Shown here in pieces: positions 42,701 to 53,908 of a stretch of 64,000 nucleotides of DNA. The position numbers and the translations under genes were made by a program. Location of the stretch: the NCBI GenBank assembly GCA_964019425.1, contig OZ025798.1, positions 558,001 to 622,000 of the forward strand, written 5' to 3'. Under the pieces are notes generated by a model. That model had not been told where the DNA came from and did no database searches. It saw nothing but the letters and a program-made list of their open reading frames with translations. Numbering within the stretch: position 1 is the stretch's first letter; each line of letters opens with the position of its first letter. This stretch comes from Flectonema sp. DT1601. Taxonomy: Eukaryota.

Positions 42701-45700
42701 TCTGCAATATGAAAGAATTTATTAGGTGATTGAGTACTACTGTCTTCAGTGTCGATGATGTCGTCTTCCGATCGACGAGAAGCTCGTTGCCAACGTTGCC
42801 ATTGGTGTCTTCGCTCCAACAATATCGGAGAAAAGCTATTTCTCACTGCTTTGTTTAATGTTTCAGAATCTTTTAAAACGTGTTTTTCAAGTAAATTTGT
42901 CACAACAGAAGCACAATGGCCGTGCATAATCCACGGAGCCCTTTGAAAAAGTTTGGCAAGTCCGAATTCATCCAAACAAAGCCATCTTTTGTCTGCATTG
43001 GATTCGTCGTTATCGGTTGTGGTGTTATTTTGAACGCTTGTCGTGGATAAATTCTCAGTTTTGTACTTAGCATTCCGACAAGGCATTGCGAATTCTGTTG
43101 TACCGCAGCAACTCCAATGACGACCCTTAATAATACCTCCGGGATGAGAACATCTAATCGGTGATGTTGGTGAGGGTTCGAGATTACAATAATTCTTCTT
43201 TGATAAATCACGCCACTCACCAGAGTGAGCCTGAGTCTCGCATAACAATTCAACAGTTCTATTCCGCACTCCTCCTGAAAGTTGTGTTAAGTGTCCGATT
43301 GTTGAATCATTGTTACACTTTTCCTTCTTTGATAAAAGTATTAAAACCAAACTTTCTATCGGTGCTGTCGTCGTAGTTTCCGCAAGTCTCGATTTTATTT
43401 GTCGAATAGTCGTTTCCGGAGCAAACGGTTCCGACAACAAAGTTACTTTTTCAGAATCTTCCAACTGAACGACTTTAACATTAAGGTAACGAAGGTTTAT
43501 CGAAACAGCTTTAAAGATACCACATCTATCATAGAGACATGACATGCTTGGACTGATGTTATCAGCTTGGTGATCATAGTCTACGTTAGAACTTAACATT
43601 GAAACGCCCGATCTGGTTATTGGTGTTCCTGCTGAGCTGAATACTTCTCGTTCAACAACAGAGCTCAGTAGCACTTCGACTATTTCTCTTTTTTGATATT
43701 CAATACTGTCAGTTGCGACATCAGACAGCCAGCTGTCCAGATGCTGATTTCCAGGTGGAAACCACGGAATGCCAACCTGCTGTAAGATTGACGGGTCACC
43801 AGGATTATTATCATCCCTGTCGTGTTTTTATGTTTCGTGTTGATGATTAATATTTATATATGAAAAAAAAAAAAAAAAAACTCAACACATACCCGAAAGG
43901 AGATCCCCCAACATCCTCATCAGTAAGCCTGTTGTAATATGCAAGCTGTCGGACAATCTGAGGATTTCTTATATAAAATTGATTAATTAAATGCCTCTGT
44001 TGTTGCATGTATCTCGTCAGACGTGGGAATGGAAGTAGATCAAGAGCTTGATGAATGAGAGGTCGACGTGTTCGAGTCGATGCTGTTGACTTTGGTTGAA
44101 TGTTTCCATCGATGTTTCTGTGCCATTCATCATTGTCAGGAAACCAATGATCTCTGTAGCAGGTTGCACGAACAGAATCGTATTTGCTGTCGTCGGAAGT
44201 TTGAAGTGCGATTTCAACTGAGTCTAAACCTTCCTTTCCGTCACTTCCAATCATTGATTTCAAGGCAGGGACATTATGAAGTAAGATAGCTAACTCTATT
44301 GGAATTAGGTCGATGTGAGCTCTGCCTCCAAGATTGTCTTCAGTACCTCCGTATGAGGAACATGGTAACGATTTTATATAAGTTCGAAATGCACCTCCAA
44401 CAGTTCCATTATCCTCTGTTGATAACGCTTTGTTAATAAATCTTATAACGTCAACACAGAGATCGATTAATCGTTTTTGATCTTTTGTTGTTGTGTTTTC
44501 TTTATCTGAACACTGATAAGCTTTTAGTAGGAGAGTGTGAACAGGGTACTCCAACAGAGCGTAGTCCCCTGGAGTGAATGAGATTCCTTTTAGTTTAAAC
44601 CCCTCAGGCATGACGCTTCTATCACTACAATCGTCAAGTCTTATCAGGTGACAGAGTATTAAAAATATCTCACCGAGCCTCGTGTTGTTGTATCCAAAAT
44701 TGAAATATGGAAAACAAACTTGGTTTTCTGGTTTTGAAAAAAAAGCATGAAGGTCGATATGAGGCGTACTAAGTAAATATCGTAAAATATTAACCAAATC
44801 ATTGTGTGCGGTTCCTTCTTCTTGGACACTCATCCAAGTGTATTCAGTTTTTCCAGTTAAAAACATTACATAATGAGAACCCTCAACAATCAAATCGCTG
44901 TCATAGTGTAGGGATACTCGTTTGCCGTTGAGATCTTGGAATGTTGGTTTTGCAGTTGCAGGTAGTCCAAATCGTCGTTGGACCATTTTTATATTATCAG
45001 CTGTTGATGTTCGCGAGAGGAGTTCAATTTTTCTAGTCTCATGAACATCGTTTATAACAATAATTGTTTTTCTTTGAATCGGATCCTTACTCGGATAAAG
45101 AGAATACCTCCCACCGTCAATCAGGTCATCATAAATTAAATCCACATCACAATTAGCCTTATCAGCGATTCTAAGAAATTGAGTACCCGGATCATGAACA
45201 TGAGTCACAGAATACCATTTAAGCAACGCACAGATATTATCATTGTATGTTAGCCCAGGTGAGATCATCATTCTCTTTGTTTGGCGATGACTTGTAGTTA
45301 GAAATATTTCTTTTAATGTGTTTCCTCTTCTAGATGCTAACCAACTTGAATGACAAGCCAACACAGAAGCATAATGTTTTGGACGCACTAATGAATGCTC
45401 AGCACACAACATTAGTTCTTTTAACGAAGGCGGTGATGGATATGCTTTGAGTCCATTTTTTTGAACAGCTGAAGGAAAGGCATCATCAAATAGATATGTC
45501 CATTTTCCATTATCAGTTACGTGCGGTAGTAGAGTTGAGACACCTTCCCATTTCCTACTTCTTATTGCTTTTATTAAAAGGTCTTTTCCGGTTTTTGATT
45601 TTAATGTATGGAAGATGTTTTCGAAACTGTCGTCTAAGAGATATTCTAAAACTGCTGTTCTTTCGAAATTGATCGCAATTTCTAAACTATTTTCAGTACC

Positions 45701-48700
45701 ATTACAGTGTAATTGCATTAACAAGACGAGAGCCTGTGCTAAATTGTTAGCGTCAGTTACTCTGTTTTGTTTTGCATAAGTGTGATAAAGATCAACGCTG
45801 TGTTCGATAACAGGAAGGCCATCATCCTGAGAGTGAAATGGAATTTCAGTCTTACTAATTGCAGTACTGAGATCAATAATAGTAAAGTGTTGCTTAACTC
45901 CTTTAATTTCTGTTTTGTAAGCATCTTTAAGTGTTGGTAGTCTATCGAATGAATTACCTATCAGAGACCTATTCGTCCAAAAAGTTGATTCCATAACTTT
46001 TTCAGCAAAGTCAATATCCTCAGCTGTAGGTGCCGACTCAGTCAAATAATAGCTGACGGCATCTTGATCAGCTGGAGTTAGCCAATGAGCTACGTCTTGA
46101 TTTTCTTTTAAATTTGTTATAAAAGTGACTACCTTACTCAAAAGCAACGGATCTCCCTGTGAACGTGCGTCGTCATAGCCCTCTGAAGGACCTAGACAGG
46201 AACATGAATTGTGTACCGTGAATAAAATGCTTGACCTAGCCAAGTGTTTAGTTTCGTCGTCGAGAGAGAATAGTCGAATGACATCAATAGCAGCACTCTC
46301 ATCGGTGTCAATTAGCTGAAGTAACCATCCTTTTGTTGTTAAATTCAACGGTCTTTGAACAGAATTTCTAACACTTTGTAAATTTCTAGTTCTAATATCT
46401 TGTTGTATATCATCGTCTCCAATTTTTAACAAACTGGTGATGACATCGAGTGAAGCATCACCTTGTTTGTGTAGTCTGTATCTATGGTTAATTAAACATG
46501 ATATAAACGGTTGAATACCATCTGCCCCTCCAATGATCCCAAGTAAGTCTCGGTTTTTTTTAATAATCATAAGAGCAAGAGAGTCCATTCCGAGTTCGAA
46601 ACAGGTGTGAAGAACTGTCGTGTAATTAAGTCGACGAGACCCATCTTCTGATAGAGATAAAGAATTTGATGTACCATTTGGACTAGTTGGTGAGTGTGGA
46701 TCTGGCTGTGCTAATTTTCTCTTCTTCGAACCGTTAGAAACAAGAACCGGATCAACAACGTGAGTCGATAACGGTTTCACGAATTCAATAAAAGTATCAT
46801 CACGTTCTAATACTAACTTCATCTCCATTTCATCATAACGAAGGAAATGGGTTGCTCCATTTGTTTGTACTTTTACAGTCATTCTTCTGTGGAGTTGATG
46901 AGATCCGAGAATCTGACTAGAAACCTCAACAAATATGTCTTCATAGAGCTCTATTTTCCATCTTGCTCTGTACCTTTTGTAGTCTTTGCGATGAAATATT
47001 AATTCTTTTATAATAAAATCGTATCTCCCGTCTGTGGATATCCATCGACCTTGAAATGTAAACCTATCGTGAAGCATATCGTTATCCATGCTGATGGCTG
47101 TTGATGCTGCTTTGTGATTTAGAAACGCTTGTAACATTTGAGAATTCTCTCTTACAATAATCCAATGAAGAGGTCCCCATCCATCACAATCTTGAACGTT
47201 TGGTTTTGCTGTTTTAACTGACAGTAGTTTTTCGAATAGTCTCGTTCTATTTAATGCTGCTGCCCAATGTAACCAGGTCCATCCATGAGTATGCGACGAG
47301 TCTCTTACAGGTAGTGATGTTATCCTTGATAACTGTGATTCATCCATCGTGAGGATGTCATGAAATGATGATTTTCCGTTAATCGATCGAAGCATTTTTG
47401 AACAACCAGCTGCAGTCAAATCACTCTTTGCCGTATTACATGCTGCCAGTGAGAATACTGATTCTCTATTGTGATCAGCGAGTCCTAAGGGATGACCAGC
47501 CATTACCAAAAACACTAACAAATCCAAGTGACCATAATAACAAGAAACGTGTAGAGGAGTCGTTAATAAATCCTTACCGAGATAATTACCGATTTGGCCG
47601 AGTGAAAATGTTGTTGGAGATGCTGGGATTTCTTGTTGAAGCTTTTTATGCATCTTTGTGCAAAGATTGAAATCAACAACTGGAGCACCACACACAGCAG
47701 TCATAAGTAAGTATCCGTTGAGATGAGAAACCCCGCTAAATGAAATCCTATCAAGAGCGACACTAACGTCTTTACTTAATCTAGATCTGACTTCGAGTGG
47801 TGTTTGATGATCTTTTATCTTTGTACAAAGTAGTAATACCTGATCTGAATTAATAATATGTGTAGGCTCATCTTCAGGTCTAGGAACTGCAAGATGCTGC
47901 ATCTTTGAAGTTTGGTCATCTGGATCTGGAAGATGACGAGACATATCACCGAAGATGGTTGAGACACCAGATAGTCCTAAAGTTCCAGTTCCAGTAGAGC
48001 AGAAGTCTTCTTCAGAAACGTAATGACGTTGTCGACCAAGTTCCCAATAATATCCCATTAGTCCTAACCAGATGGAGACACAGTCAGATGCATTTAACAT
48101 AGCTGGTCCCGGAAAGGTATCTCCCTTAGCCATTTCAACAGCTAAGAACTTAACATCTTTATAGTGCATCACAATATTGCAGTAGGGTGGTTTTCCGGTT
48201 CGGGCGATGTGGGCTTCGAGTGTTTTTACTGCGAGCGGCATTGATTGAGGATTTACAAAATAGTTGTAGAATCCCCAATCTGTTTCTGATAAGAGTTGCC
48301 ATTGTGCAATGAAATAGGCTTCTTTTACTTTGTCTTTATTACTGTCGTCAACTCGTGAAAGGAATATTCCCAGTCCCATGGCAAGCATTGAAGGGTTACG
48401 TACGCCATGCCATTGACAAGATCTAAACAAGACTCTGTAGATTCTTCTTATTCTCTTAAGGAGGTCATCTCCGGGTAAGAATCCACGAAAACCTCCAATC
48501 TCGTCATCAAATCTGAAATATTTTTTTGATTCTCGTTGGGTTGTTTTTTCATCACAAAAGTCTAATCCCGGAGCGGCAAGGAAAACGATTGGCTGCTTTG
48601 TTTTTTGTGTCAGTTGGTTTGGTCTGCCGTTCAGTCCATCGACGAAAAAATAACCTTTCTGAGAGATGCAAACATCAGTACATAATTCTGTAAGTGCTTT

Positions 48701-49839
48701 CTTTAGTGTAGAATGCTCTCCTCCTTGGCTAAAACCATAGCTCTTTGGGTCTAGTTTAACTTCAGATATAAAGTGCGTGAAGGATTCCGCTATTGAGGCG
48801 TCTTTTGCCTAATTTTTTTTTGTTTTTGTTTTTTACGAATCTCAACTAAGAAGGGGAAAAAAAAGGAAAAAAAATGAAATCAAACCTGTTCGATAGGATC
48901 TGTAAGGACTTGAAGATGTTTTTCTGAATTCCTCAAAACGACGATGTGATTTTCTATCTCAAAGTCACAATCACCAACTTCCTCAACTTCACTGTCAGTA
49001 AGGGTATCTTTTTGAATTAATATTTGCTTCTTTTGAGTGAATTTATGAATCGTCTTCCTCGCATCATCTCTTCGAGTTGAATAGAATCGAATAAAGGTAT
49101 CACGCTCCTTGAGATCCCACACTTCTTTGTCACCAATTCGTTCTAGGGGAATGGTACGCCGAAGCTCAAAAAATCGTTTGTGAAAGTTACTTTTTGTAGT
49201 AAATTGGGCCAGCTTAGCATAAAACTTTCTGGGTAATACTGAATTCGTAGCAATGCGAGTCGATCTTTCCAGTTGCTGCAACTCCCTAACGCTGATTGTG
49301 AATTTTTCTTTTCCAAATATGTCAGCCGCAGGAGGACCGTATGTTAAGTGAGCATCAGGAATTTTTAATTTTTCATGTTTGCATTTCTTTCCATATTGAT
49401 CAGAAAAACGTCCCCAAAGGTCATCAGTTCTGATATTCCGATCGATTTCTTTTCGAGCGACGTCATCAATTGTTTTCGCACTAATCTCAATCTTATGACT
49501 GGTGTCAGTTCTGTCTGAAAGTGTTCTGTTTAATTCAACGTTCGGAACGTAGGGTACGACATCTTCGCGATCACTTTTTCTATCAAGCAGTGATAAAAAA
49601 ACATATCCTAATTTTTTTTGCAATGGAAATATTTTGTTTGGAGCAAACGCATGGCAACCAAACGTACCACCAGGGCCTTCGATATTCCACCACTGAAATC
49701 CTACAATCTTATCGACGATTTCTTCAATGCTTTTTACTACTTCCTCTTCAGTTTCTTCAGTTGTTTTTTGACCGACATAGATCAGAAGTTTATTATCTTT
49801 TTCCCATTTTATTGTACCGTGGACGGTTGATTTTTTCAT
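39721..49839 (-). CDS. Giant ankyrin-repeat + polycystin-type channel (~3,320 codons) with one in-frame TAG at 40630-40632
   Basis: Exons 48886-49839, 43893-48808 and 39721-43816 join in frame. Ankyrin repeats TPLHVSCYYGHLDLLVFLV, GWTWLHWAA, GDTPLMLASQFCHLQVV. Btk-like HPGG...WSCCG. Polycystin motifs IDSSTRFVSVLFTFYNKN, GWNSLD, FVLTNLIVAVLQEVY. Confidence 0.8.
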
Positions 49840-49880
49840 ATTGAGGAAATCATAACAAATAGTCCCAGAGCTGTGAAAAG

Positions 49881-49912
<32 letters not shown>

Positions 49913-50011
49913 GAAGAACAAAATTAAAAAACTCTCTTTTTTTACAAACTATTTTTGTTTTTTTGTTAAAATGGGTTAATCATAATATGATTATTGTGAA
50001 CAGGGGAAAAG

Positions 50012-50046
<35 letters not shown>

Positions 50047-51181
50047 TTTTTTATTCAGACCAAACAGAACAAGTTACTGCAGGAAGACATTAGTAAAGTA
50101 TTATAATAAATAAAAGGGTTATGGCCCAAAATACACCAAAAAAAAGCCAACAAAAAAGTGGGGCCCAAAAAAAAACGAATTGGAACTATTAACAATTTAA
50201 ATATAAAAAAAAAAACTTAAGAAATAATCCTTTTTTTTTTTTTTTTTTTTTTTTTGTCAAGACTGAGAGTCAGAAAGAACATCCTTGACCTTTTTTTTTT
50301 TTTTTTTTTTCACCAGTACCTTTCTAGACAATAAAAATAAATAAAATTAACTAAATCGTAGGACATCAAAAGTAAGTTTAAAGCGGTTCGTATAAGGCCT
50401 TTTGATCTCAGTACATAAATAAATAAAAGGCTCTTATTAATCTGAATGGTTTCTTCTCCGAAAAAATATTCGGAACGTATCCTGTCCAGCATCAAGCCTG
50501 TCTTCTCAACGCGTACAATATGAGTTTTGTTATGAAATAGTGCACTAAAATTTAGGATATAAAAAAGATTAACAAAAAGAAAAAGAAGAAGAAGTTATTT
50601 TTTTAAAAACACCGCATTGCATACGAACAAGTTGGTTGTAATTCAGTCCCCCGTAGTTTTGGTTATCAAAAGCAATAAATCGAAATAATCAAATCAAATT
50701 AACGAAAAACCCTTCAGACCCTTTCTTATATTTGAACGCAGATGGAATATACAATCCGAATAGTTTCTTCTAGACCCCAAGGTTACTTATATTATCGAAG
50801 AAAACACCTCTAGGCGTATAAAGGGATACTTGTAGGGGATCAGTCGCTGAAGTCAGGCGATCTAAGGACGTAGGTTCCGTTAAGTTATGAATGTAAACAG
50901 GACTGTTTTTTTAATTTTACTAATTTTTATTCTTAGTAAAAACTCTTCTGTCTCGTTTCTTTTTTTTTTTTTTTTTTTTTTTTTTGTTCAGAATTAGTTC
51001 TGATCATCTTCTACTCTCATTCTCAATAAAGACATTCTTATTGAATGCTTTCGCAGAGAGAGACAATGGCTATCCGCAGGCTTCTCATGTTAAAAAAAAA
51101 AAAAAAAGAAAAAGTTGTTTAATCTAAGTTCGAACGTTGTTGCTGTTGATGTGCTTCCAGTAAGTCATCGATAGCAGCATC

Positions 51182-51999
51182 TTATTCGGAGGATTCTTGT
51201 TTTGCTTTTTCTGCTTCCTTTGCTTCAAATTCATTGTCAGGGTCAGGAGAGTTTTGCATATCTTTTTTTTCTTCATCTTTGACATCTCCAAGTTCATGTA
51301 TGAGTTCAAGAACTTGTTGTGTGTAATCATTTTTATTGTTATCGTCTCTGTACCTAAGACCAAAGTCTATTGCTGTATTGAATAGCTCCACGACATTCAT
51401 TCCAGTAGCAGCACTTACGTAGTGTAAATCTAAATTATTTTTTCTTGAAAAATTAAACTCCTTCTTCGTAACTTCCATATCGAGATCTATTTTGTTAGCT
51501 GCGACCAACACTGGGATTTCAGGTCTCATTTGCCGGAGTTCGCTCAGCCATTGGTCTAAGTGTTTGTATGTTGGTTTTCGCTGAACGTCAAAAACTAATA
51601 TTGCGGAATGAGCTTCTAAGTAGTAACCTCGATGCATTGAATTAAACCGTTCTTGACCAGCTGTGTCCCAAATATCAACTTCGTGAGTCTTACCATCTTT
51701 CTCGTAGTTGTAGCTGAGGTTGGTAGTTTTAAAAATAAAAACTGTAACTTTTAAAAAAAAAGTTTTTAAAAGAAAATTTAAAAACAACATACGTGAACCA
51801 TGCGAGAGCATTTGTTGAATCTGTCCGTTCAAAGTACTGCCCCATCATGTAGCGTTCTACGAGCTGTTTGGGTTTGTTGTTGTTTTCTCTCTTTATTACA
51901 ATAACTCAATAAATATTATCATACCTTACTCTTACCCACAGCGGTATCCCCCAGTAGGATTATCTTTAGGTTCTTTTTCGCTTTCTCTTCTGAAGACAT
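51182..51999 (-). CDS. RABL2: Rab-like GTPase of RABL2 type (~225 aa)
   Basis: KIILLGDTAVGKSK|LVERY, STNALAWF, WDTAGQERFNSMHRGYY, LRQMRPEIPVLVAANKID, no CAAX. Exons 51925-51999, 51793-51863, 51182-51713. Confidence 0.85.
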
Positions 52000-52213
52000 A
52001 CTTATTTTTTTTCTTTCAGGTTTTCCCCGAGTGGGTGTCACTGTAGAAAGATTATTTAAACAAAGTAAACTAAAATAAAAACATAATTTAGGACTTCATT
52101 CTTGTTCAGATAATCTCGCGAGGAGTGAACTTCCCAACTACTGCTACGGAGGATTCCACTGTTCTTTAACGATGGCTACGATGGTTATTTCATGAAAGGC
52201 TTCCAAGTTGATG

Positions 52214-52287
52214 AAGTCTTGGAGAGGACAAGTCACCGTTATCACTCCAAATGGGTTAGGTCGGAGGCGGCGTGCAATACTCCTTGA
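52214..52287 (-). ncRNA. AGA-box snoRNA A, copy 1; predicted SSU pseudouridine at GACAAGUC[U]GGUGC (human 18S U609 equivalent)
   Basis: GGAG/CUCC lower stem, pocket GCAC + GACUUGUCCU, upper stems GCCG/CGGU and CUCCGA/UUGGAG, and an AGA box 15 nt from the pocket top. Confidence 0.8.
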
Positions 52288-52320
52288 GAATGATGAGAAC
52301 AAAAGAGAAGAGAGGGAAGT

Positions 52321-52391
52321 AAATCTACCGGGGGTCTGGTGATAACCATCTCCATTAATTAAGGAGAGCAACCGTGGAGTTGTTTCCGGAT
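52321..52391 (-). ncRNA. AGA-box snoRNA B, copy 1; predicted SSU pseudouridine at GGU[U]GGUGGAGU (yeast 18S U1290 / human U1347 equivalent)
   Basis: CCGG/CCGG lower stem, pocket ACUCCAC + ACCAGAC, UCUCC/GGAGA upper stem, and an AGA box 14 nt from the pocket top. Confidence 0.75.
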
Positions 52392-52415
52392 GTGATGAGT
52401 TAGAATAGGAGAAAT

Positions 52416-52489
52416 ATATCTTGGAGAGGACAAGTCACCGTTATCACTCCAAATGGGTTAGGTCGGAGGCGGCGTGCAATACTCCTTGA
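52416..52489 (-). ncRNA. AGA-box snoRNA A, copy 2
   Basis: Core identical to 52217-52287; identity ends at the hairpin/AGA boundaries. Confidence 0.8.
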
Positions 52490-52514
52490 TGTGATAGAGT
52501 GGAACAGAGTAAAC

Positions 52515-52613
52515 AATCAGGCTGGACTCGAGGTGTTTACCATTTACCCTTTCGGGAATCGTATAGGTATAGGGGCGATTGTCCAAGTAGTAGCTTGTTG
52601 TGTCATCATATTG
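52515..52613 (-). ncRNA. Box C/D snoRNA, copy 1, antisense to LSU domain II GGUAUAGGGGCGA
   Basis: C box AUGAUGA, D box CUGA, and a 13-nt element UCGCCCCUAUACC complementary to conserved LSU sequence. Confidence 0.8.
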
Positions 52614-52675
52614 TTATTAACAGAAAAGGGAAGACAGAACTCTTCTTCTTTCCAACAGAAAGATGAAGAACAAGA

Positions 52676-52857
52676 AACCGTATCACGCATGGTTGTCCCA
52701 AAGTTCATAATAGCCCAACTGAGCATAGAAGTTGGAATATGGAATATACGTAACATGACAAGGTCCCGAAGAACCCTATCAACTTGCTTTACGGTACGAC
52801 CAGCGGGGAGCTTTGCACCATTTGAAAGAGGGTGCCTCCCAACCATTGCGACCGATT
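52676..52857 (-). ncRNA. snR30/U17-like H/ACA RNA (SSU processing snoRNA candidate)
   Basis: 5' hairpin (CGGU/ACCG, GGGAG/CUCCC, GCACC/GGUGC), H box AAAGCA, and an 11-bp internal hairpin with a UUCG loop. The 3' hairpin's internal loop carries m1-like AUAUUCCAU and m2-like AACCAU. The 3' box is ACG or AUA rather than ACA. Confidence 0.7.
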
Positions 52858-52913
52858 CATTAAAGAAGTGAAACAGAAAGGAAATATCGGACACAACAAC
52901 AGGAAGCAGTAGT

Positions 52914-52996
52914 AATCAGCTTGGAACCCGAAATACAATTTTCTAACTCACAAGGTATTCATGTGAAACACGGAATTAGTATTATTCATCACAAGA
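52914..52996 (-). ncRNA. Double-guide box C/D snoRNA targeting LSU
   Basis: C box GUGAUGA. The D' (AUGA) guide UCCGUGUUUCA pairs with LSU UGAAACACGGA (D'+5 = second A of GAAAC). The D guide UUUCGGGUUCCAA pairs with LSU UUGG(G/A)ACCCGAAA (D+5 = second G, yeast Gm805 equivalent). Confidence 0.85.
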
Positions 52997-53120
52997 TTTG
53001 AAGAATGCAACGCATTGCACCATTCGAATGAGAGTGCTTCCCAACTACTGCTACCGAGGATTCCACTGTTCTTTAACGATGGCTACGATGGTTATTTCAT
53101 GAAAGGCTTCCAAGTTGATG

Positions 53121-53194
53121 AAGTCTTGGAGAGGACAAGTCACCGTTATCACTCCAAATGGGTTAGGTCGGAGGCGGCGTGCAATACTCCTTGA
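53121..53194 (-). ncRNA. AGA-box snoRNA A, copy 3
   Basis: Duplicate of 52214-52287. Confidence 0.8.
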
Positions 53195-53227
53195 GAATGA
53201 TGAGAACAAAAGAGAAGAGAGGGAAGT

Positions 53228-53298
53228 GAATCTACCGGGGGTCTGGTGATAACCATCTCCATTAATTAAGGAGAGCAACCGTGGAGTTGTTTCCGGAT
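53228..53298 (-). ncRNA. AGA-box snoRNA B, copy 2
   Basis: Duplicate of 52321-52391. Confidence 0.75.
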
Positions 53299-53322
53299 GT
53301 GATGAGTTAGAATAGGAGAAAC

Positions 53323-53396
53323 ATATCTTGGAGAGGACAAGTCACCGTTATCACTCCAAATGGGTTAGGTCGGAGGCGGCGTGCAATACTCCTTGA
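53323..53396 (-). ncRNA. AGA-box snoRNA A, copy 4
   Basis: Duplicate of 52416-52489. Confidence 0.8.
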
Positions 53397-53421
53397 TGTG
53401 ATAGAGTGGAACAGAGTAAAC

Positions 53422-53520
53422 AATCAGGCTGGACTCGAGGTGTTTACCATTTACCCTTTCGGGAATCGTATAGGTATAGGGGCGATTGTCCAAGTAGTAG
53501 CTTGTTGTGTCATCATATTG
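53422..53520 (-). ncRNA. Box C/D snoRNA, copy 2
   Basis: Duplicate of 52515-52613. Confidence 0.8.
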
Positions 53521-53749
53521 TTATTAACAGAAAAGGGAAGACAGAACCTCTCATCCATACCTCTACACTAGTAGGGTGCAACGATGTATCATTTTTTTAT
53601 TTTTTACCAGAAAAAAGAACAAAAATGATTACAATCATTCATCTTATTCGGATACCATTCCTATAAAAATAATGAAGTACAATGAGATTGAAGAATAACT
53701 TGCACAGTTTCCAGTACTTTCAAATTTCCCATATATAGGGTGGTTGACA

Positions 53750-53800
53750 TATTCTGACTCCAAAGTTTCCCTCAGGATAGGAAACATAAAAGGAGTCACG
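53750..53800 (-). ncRNA. Candidate hairpin RNA with an AGA end and an 18-nt LSU antisense element
   Basis: GACUCC/GGAGUC stem followed by AGA. It encloses CUAUCCUGAGGGAAACUU, the exact complement of conserved LSU AAGUUUCCCUCAGGAUAG. Confidence 0.5.
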
Positions 53801-53876
53801 CCAGGTAAAGCGAGTTGATTGCATGCAATGCAGTAGTGATATGTTAACATTATTTTTTTTGTTTTTTTTAAAACCT

Positions 53877-53908
<32 letters not shown>

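Larger units (their letters stand above)
52130..53547. repeat. Direct duplication: 52130-52640 and 53037-53547 (907-bp offset), containing snoRNA genes
   Basis: Near-identical 511-bp blocks with only a few substitutions. Confidence 0.95.

Noticed and set aside
51793..51863. Apparent frameshift in RABL2 suggested by the ORF track (MNGQIQQ...)
   Set aside because: Exon 2 read in the correct frame (LVERYMMGQYFERTDSTNALAWFT) splices in phase with exon 3.
29327..51999. Functional ciliary/Ca2+ gene cluster (EF-hand protein, two polycystin-type channels, CK1, RABL2)
   Set aside because: Neighbouring genes in such directional clusters are generally unrelated and these families are often expanded; there is no sequence evidence of co-regulation.
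52130..52213. Additional snoRNA in the duplicated block
   Set aside because: No convincing C/D or AGA boxes; its conservation is explained by the duplication.
53800..53812. U1 snRNA-like CUUUACCUGGC
   Set aside because: No U1-70K loop or Sm site arrangement follows.
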